DNA from: Eledone cirrhosa
Lineage: Eukaryota
Assembly: GCA_964016885.1 (NCBI GenBank)
Contig: OZ024744.1
Coordinates: 30,690,001 to 30,754,000 of the forward strand
Direction of reading: 5' to 3'
Length of the DNA stretch: 64,000 bases
The position numbers and the translations under genes are program-made. Shown piece after piece: positions 57,301-64,000 of this stretch. Under the pieces are notes generated by a model, which was not told the DNA's origin, did not search any database, and saw nothing but the letters and a program-made list of their open reading frames with translations. The stretch's first letter is position 1, and every line of letters starts with the position of its first letter.

Positions 57301-60300
57301 TCTAAAGAATGAAACAGTTCTAGTCCTGTAGAATCTCTTCTATATTACTATTTTTTGATACGCAGATTCCTGATGATTTCTAAAGAATGAAACAGTTCTA
57401 GTCCTGTAGAATCCCATCTATATTAACATTTTTTGATACCCAGATTCCTGATGAATTCTAAAGAATGAAACAGTTCTAGTACTGTAGAATCTCATCTATA
57501 TTAAAAATTTTTGATACCCAGATTCTTGATGATTTCTAAAGAATGAAACAGTTCTAGTCCGGTAGAATCTCATCTATATTAAAATTTTTTTATACCCAGA
57601 TTCCTGATCATTTCTAAAGAATGAAACAGTTCTAGTCCTGTAGAATCTCATCTATATTAACATTTTTGATACCCAGATTCCTGATGATTTCTAAAGAATG
57701 AAACAGTTCTCGTCCTGTAGTATCTCATCTATATTAAAATTTTTTGATACCAGATTCCTGATAATTTCTAAAGAATGAAACAGTTCTAGTCCTGTAGAAT
57801 CTCATCTATATTAAAAATTTTTGATACCCAGATTCCTGATGATTTCTAAAGAATAAAACAGTTCTCGTCCTGTAGAATCTCATCTATATTAAAAAATTTT
57901 GATACCCAGATTCCTGATGATTTCTAAAGAATAAAACAGTTCTAGTCCTGTAGAATCTCATCTATACTAAGAATTTTTGATACCCAGATTCCTGGTGATT
58001 TCTAAAGAATGAAACAGTTCTAGTCCTGTAGAATCTCATCTATATTAAAAAATTTTGATACCCAGATTCCTGATGATTTCTAAAGAATGAAACAACTCTA
58101 GTCCTGTAGAACCTCATCTATATTAAAAATGTTTGATACCCAGATTCCTGATGATTTCTAAAGAATGAAACAGTTCTAGTCCTGTAGAATCTCATCTATA
58201 TAAACATTTTTTGATACCCAGATTCCTGATGATTTCTAAAGAATGAAACAGTTCTAGTCCTGTAGAATCTCATCTATATTAAAACTTTTGATACCCAGAT
58301 TCCTGATGATTTCTAAAGAACGAAACAGTTCTAGTCCTGTAGATTCTCATCTATATAAAACATTTTTGATACCCAGATTCCTGGTGATTTCTAAAGAATG
58401 AAACAGTTCTAGTCCTGTAGAATCTTATCTATATAAATATTTTTTGATACCCCCCAGATTCCTGATGATTTCTAAAGAATGAAACAGTTCTAGTCCTGTA
58501 GAATCTCATCTATATAAACATTTTTTGATACCCAGATTCCTGATGATTTCTAAAGAATGAAACAGTTCTAGTCCTGTAGAATCTCATCTATATTAACAAT
58601 TTTTGATACCCAGATTCCCGATGATTTCTAAAGAATGAAACAGTTCTAGTCCTGTAGAATCTCATCTATATTAAAATTTTTTGATACCCAGATTTGTGAT
58701 AATTTCTAAAGAATGAAATAGTTCTAGTCCTGTAGAATCTCATCTATATTAACATTTTTTGATACCCAGATTCCTGATGATTTCTAAAGAATGAAACAGT
58801 TCTAGTCCTGTAGAATCTCATCTATATTAAAAATGTTTGATACCCAGATTGCTGATGATTGCTAAAGAATGAAACAGTTCTAGTCCTGTAGAATCTCATC
58901 TATATTAACATATTTTGATACCCAGATGTCTGATGAATTCTAAAGAATGAAACAGTTCTAGTCCTGTAGAATCTCATCTATATTAAAATTTTTGGATACC
59001 CAGATTGCTGATGATTTCTAAAGAATGAAACAGTTCTAGTCCTGTAGAATCTCATATATATTAACATTTTTTGACACCCAGATTCCTGATGATTTCTAAA
59101 GAATGAAACAGTCCTAGTCGTGTAGAATCTCATCTATGTTAAACATTTGTGATACCCAGATTCCTGATGATTTCTAAAGAATGAAACAGTTCTAGTCCTG
59201 TCGAATATTATCTATATTAACATTTTTTGATACCCAGTTTCCTGATGATTTCTAATAAATGAAACAGTTCTAGTCCTGTAGAATCTCATCTATATTAACA
59301 TTTTTCACACCCAGATACCTGATGATTTCTAAAGAATGAAACAGTTCTAGTCCTTTAGAATCTCATCTATATTAACATTTTTTGATAAGCAGATTCCTGA
59401 TGATTTCTAAAGAATGAAACAGTTCTAGTCCTGTAGAATCTCTTCTATATTAATATTTTTTGATACGCAGATTCCTGATGATTTCTAAAGAATGAAACAG
59501 TTCTAGTCCTGTAGAATCTCATCTATATTAACATTTTTTGATACCCAGATTCCTGATGAATTCTAAAGAATGAAACAGTTCTAGTACTGTAGAATCTCAT
59601 CTATATTAAAAATTTTTGATACCCAGATTCTTGATGATTTTTAAAGAATGAAACAGTTCTAGTCCGGTAGAATCTCATCTATATTAACATTTTTTTTTAC
59701 CCAGATTCCTGATCATTTCTAAAGAATGAAACAGTTCTAGTCCTGTAGAATCTCATCTATATTAACATTTTTGATACCCAGATTCCTGATGATTTCTAAA
59801 GAATGAAACAGTTCTCGTCCTGTAGTATCTCATCTATATTAAAATTTTTTGATACCAGATACCTGATAATTTCTAAAGAATGAAACAGTTCTAGTCCTGT
59901 AGAATCTCATCTATATTAAAAATTTTTGATACCCAGATTCCTGATGATTTCTAAAGAATAAAACAGTTCTCGTCCTGTAGAATCTCATCTATATTAAAAA
60001 ATTTTGATACCCAGATTCCTGATGATTTCTAAAGAATAAAACAGTTCTAGTCCTGTAGAATCTCATCTATACTAAGAATTTTTGATACCCAGATTCCTGG
60101 TGATTTCTAAAGAATGAAACAGTTCTAGTCCTGTAGAATCTCATCTATATTAAAAAATTTTGATACCCAGATTCCTGATGATTTCTAAAGAATGAAACAC
60201 CTCTAGTCCTGTAGAACCTCATCTATATTAAAAATGTTTGATACCCAGATTCCTGATGATTTCTAAAGAATGAAACAGTTCTAGTCCTGTAGAATCTCAT

Positions 60301-63300
60301 CTATATAAACATTTTTTGATACCCAGATTCCTGATGATTTCTAAAGAATGAAACAGTTCTAGTCCTGTAGAATCTCATCTACATTAAAACTTTTGATACC
60401 CAGATTCCTGATGATTTCTAAAGAACGAAACAGTTCTAGTCCTGTAGATTCTCATCTATATTAAACTTTTTTGATACCTAGATTCCTGATAATTTCTAAA
60501 GAATGAAACAGTTCTAGTCCGGTAGAATCTCATCTATATTAATATTTTTTGATACGCAGATTCCTGATGATTTCTAAAGAATGAAACAGTTCTAGTCCTG
60601 TAGATTCTCATCTATATTAAACTTTTTTGATACCCAGATTCCTGATGATTTCTAAAGAATGAAACAGTTCTAGTCCTCTAGAATCTCATCTATATTAACA
60701 TTTTTTGGATTCCCACATTCCTGACGATTTCTAAAGAATGAAACAGTTCTAGTCCTTTAGAATCTCATCCATATTAAAATTTTTTGATACCCAGATTCCT
60801 GATGATTTCTAAATAAATGAACAGTTCTAGTCCTGTAGAACCTCATCTATATTAACATTTTTTGATACCCAGATTCCTGATGATTTCTAAAGAATGAAAC
60901 AGTTCTAGTCCTGTAGAATCTCATATATATTAACATTTTTTGACACCCAGATTCCTGATGATTTCTAAAGAATGAAACAGTCCTAGTCGTGTAGAATCTC
61001 ATCTATATTAAACATTTGTGATACCCAGATTCCTGATGATTTCTAAAGAATGAAACAGTTCTCGTCCTGTAGAATCTTATCTATATTAAAAAATTTTGAT
61101 ACCCAGATTCCTGATGTTATCTAAAGAATGAAACAGTTCTAGTCCTGTAAAATATCATCTATATTAAAATTTTTTGATACCCAGTTTCCTGATGATTTCT
61201 AATGAATGAAAACAGTTCTAGTCCTGTAGAATCTCATCTATATTAACATTTTTTGACACCCAATATTCCTGATGATTTCTAAAGAATGAAACAGTTCTAG
61301 TCCGGTAGAATCTCATGTATATTAAAATTTTTTGACACCCAGGTTCCTGATGATTTCTAAAGAATGAAATAGTTGTAGTTCAGTAGAATCTCATCTATAT
61401 TAACACTTTTTGATACCCAGATTCCTGATGATTTCTAAAGAATGAAACAGTTCTAGTCCTGTAGAATCTCATCTATACTAAGAATTTTTGATACCCAGAT
61501 TCCTGGTGATTTCTAAAGAATGAAACACTTCTAGTCCTGTAGAATCTCATCTATATTAAACATTTTTGATACCCAGATTCCTGATGATTTCTAAAGAATG
61601 AAACATCTCTAGTCCTGTAGAACTTCATCTATATTAAAAATTTTTGATACCCAGATTCCTGATGATTTCTAAAGAATGAAACAGTTCTAGTCCTGTAGAA
61701 TCTCATCTATATAAACATTTTTTGATACCCAGATTCCTGATGATTTCTAAAGAATGAAACAGTTCTAGTCCTGTAGAATCTCATCTATATTAAAACTTTT
61801 GATACCCAGATTCCTGATGATTTCTAAAGAATGAAGCAGTTCTCGTCCTGTAGAATCTCATCTATATTAAAAATTTTTGATACCCAGATTCCTGATGATT
61901 TCTAAAGAATGAAACAGTTCTAGTCCTGTAGAATCTCATCTATATTAACATTTTTTGACACCCAGATTCCTGATAATTTCTAAAGAATGAAACAGTTCTA
62001 GTCCTGTAGAATCTCATCTATATTAACATTTTTGATACCCATATACCTGATGATTTCTAAAGAATGAAACAGTTCTAGTCCAGTATGAATCTCATCTATA
62101 TAAAAAAATGTTGATACACAGATTCCTTATGATTTCTAAAGAATGAAACAGTTCTAGTCCGGTAGAATCTCATCTATATTAACATTTTTTTATACGCAGA
62201 TTCCTGATGATTTCTAAAGAATGAAACATCTCTAGTCCTGTAGAACTTCATCTATATTAAAAATTTTTGATACCCAGATTCCTGATGATTTCTATAGAAT
62301 GACACAGTTCTAGTCCTGTAGAATCTCATCTATATAAACATTTTTTGATACCCAGATTCCTGATGATTTCTAAAGAATGAAACAGTTCTAGTCCTGTAGA
62401 ATCTCATCTATATTAAAACTTTTGATACCCAGATTCCTGATGATTTCTAAAGAATGAAGCAGTTCTCGTCCTGTAGAATCTCATCTATATTAAAAATTTT
62501 TGATACCCAGATTCCTGATGATTTCTAAAGAATGAAACAGTTCTAGTCCTGTAGAATCTCATCTATATTAACATTTTTTGACACCCAGATTCCTGATAAT
62601 TTCTAAAGAATGAAACAGTTCTAGTCCTGTAGAATCTCATCTATATTAACATTTTTGATACCCATATACCTGATGATTTCTAAAGAATGAAACAGTTCTA
62701 GTCCAGTATGAATCTCATCTATATAAAAAAATGTTGATACACAGATTCGTTATGATTTCTAAAGAATGAAACAGTTCTAGTCCGGTAGAATCTCATCTAT
62801 ATTAACATTTTTTTATACGCAGATTCCTGATGATTTCTAAAGAATGAAACAGTTCTAGTCTTGTAGAATCTCATCTATATTAACATTTTTGATACCCAGA
62901 TTCCTGATGATTTCTAAAGAATGAAACAGTTCTAGTCCTGTAAAATCTCATCTATATAAAAAAATGTTGATACACAGATTCCTTATGATTTCTAAAGAAT
63001 GAAATAGTTCTAGTCCTGTAGAATCTCATCTATATTAACATTTTTTGATGCCCAGATTCCTGATGATTTCTAAAGAATGAAACAGTTCTAGTCCTGTAGA
63101 ATCTCATTTATATTAAAATTTTTTGATACCCAGATTCCTGATGATTTCTAATGAATGAAACAGTTCTAGTCCTGTAGAATCTCATCTATATTAACATTTT
63201 TTGATAAGCAGATTCCTGATGATTTCTAAAGAATGAAACAGTTCTAGTCCTGTAGAATCTCTTCTATATTAATATTTTTTGATACGCAGATTCCTGATGA

Positions 63301-64000
63301 TTTCTAAAGAATGAAACAGTTCTAGTCCTGTAGAATCCCATCTATATTAACATTTTTTGATACCCAGATTCCTGATGAATTCTAAAGAATGAAACAGTTC
63401 TAGTACTGTAGAATCTCATCTATATTAAAAATTTTTGATACCCAGATTCTTGATGATTTCTAAAGAATGAAACAGTTCTAGTCCGGTAGAATCTCATCTA
63501 TATTAAAATTTTTTTATACCCAGATTCCTGATCATTTCTAAAGAATGAAACAGTTCTAGTCCTGTAGAATCTCATCTATATTAACATTTTTGATACCCAG
63601 ATTCCTGATGATTTCTAAAGAATGAAACAGTTCTCGTCCTGTAGTATCTCATCTATATTAAAATTTTTTGATACCAGATTCCTGATAATTTCTAAAGAAT
63701 GAAACAGTTCTAGTCCTGTAGAATCTCATCTATATTAAAAATTTTTGATACCCAGATTCCTGATGATTTCTAAAGAATAAAACAGTTCTCGTCCTGTAGA
63801 ATCTCATCTATATTAAAAAATTTTGATACCCAGATTCCTGATGATTTCTAAAGAATAAAACAGTTCTAGTCCTGTAGAATCTCATCTATACTAAGAATTT
63901 TTGATACCCAGATTCCTGGTGATTTCTAAAGAATGAAACAGTTCTAGTCCTGTAGAATCTCATCTATATTAAAAAATTTTGATACCCAGATTCCTGATGA
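51330..64000. repeat. Higher-order repeat of 5,924 bp (76 monomers = 27 + 49), two full copies plus the start of a third
   Basis: GATAAGCAG at 51355, 53460, 57279, 59384, 63203 (alternating 2,105/3,819 bp). GATACCCCCCAG at 52522/58446. CAGTATGAATC at 56157/62081 and 56780/62704. Confidence 0.94.

Larger units (their letters stand above)
1..64000. repeat. Tandem satellite DNA array, 78-bp monomer (~820 copies, single orientation), running off both window ends
   Basis: CTGATGATTTC recurs at 1, 79, 157, 235 and so on (period 78) through to the window end. Monomers differ by a few substitutions, with occasional 77/79/80-bp units. The consensus has 24/78 G+C, no CpG, and stop codons in all six frames. 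Confidence 0.99.

Noticed and set aside
1-64000. Giant repetitive protein gene (78 bp = 26 codons)
   Set aside because: All six frames of the consensus contain stops. Two minus-strand frames contain only TAG and one plus-strand frame only TAA/TAG, so they would be open under a TAR-reassigned code. However, 77/79/80-bp monomers shift the frame repeatedly (e.g. ~605, 3410, 4970, 10455, 50500, 52525), and variants show no evident codon-position bias.
1-64000. CRISPR array or other repeat-spacer system
   Set aside because: There are no unique spacers. The entire 78 bp is repeated with only point variants, and there is no leader or cas gene.
1-64000. Embedded transposon, inversion or unique insert
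   Set aside because: Reading end to end, I saw no break in monomer register larger than 1-2 bp and no reverse-complement monomers (e.g. GAATCTGGGTATC).

Overview
The whole 64 kb window is one uninterrupted, head-to-tail tandem array of a 78-bp, AT-rich (~31% GC) monomer, about 820 copies, all in one orientation. The consensus is CTGATGATTTCTAAAGAATGAAACAGTTCTAGTCCTGTAGAATCTCATCTATATTAACATTTTTTGATACCCAGATTC. I found no genes, RNA genes, transposon insertions, inversions, CRISPR spacers or unique sequence. It looks like eukaryotic satellite DNA, possibly centromeric or pericentromeric, but I cannot name the family or organism. The informative signal is in the monomer variants. Tracking rare variants by eye shows a patchwork of local higher-order repeats (HORs) and block duplications with periods of about 5-8, 17, 19, 27, 39, 42, 59/62 and 76 monomers, plus long-range duplications at 10,130 and 11,922 bp offsets. 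An older ordered cassette of about 6-7 monomer types recurs across all domains. A divergent junction at about 50.5-51.1 kb separates a distinct 76-mer HOR domain from the rest. All offsets were counted by hand from marker positions, and block boundaries are approximate to about one monomer. I do not see evidence for a new protein- or RNA-encoding system.
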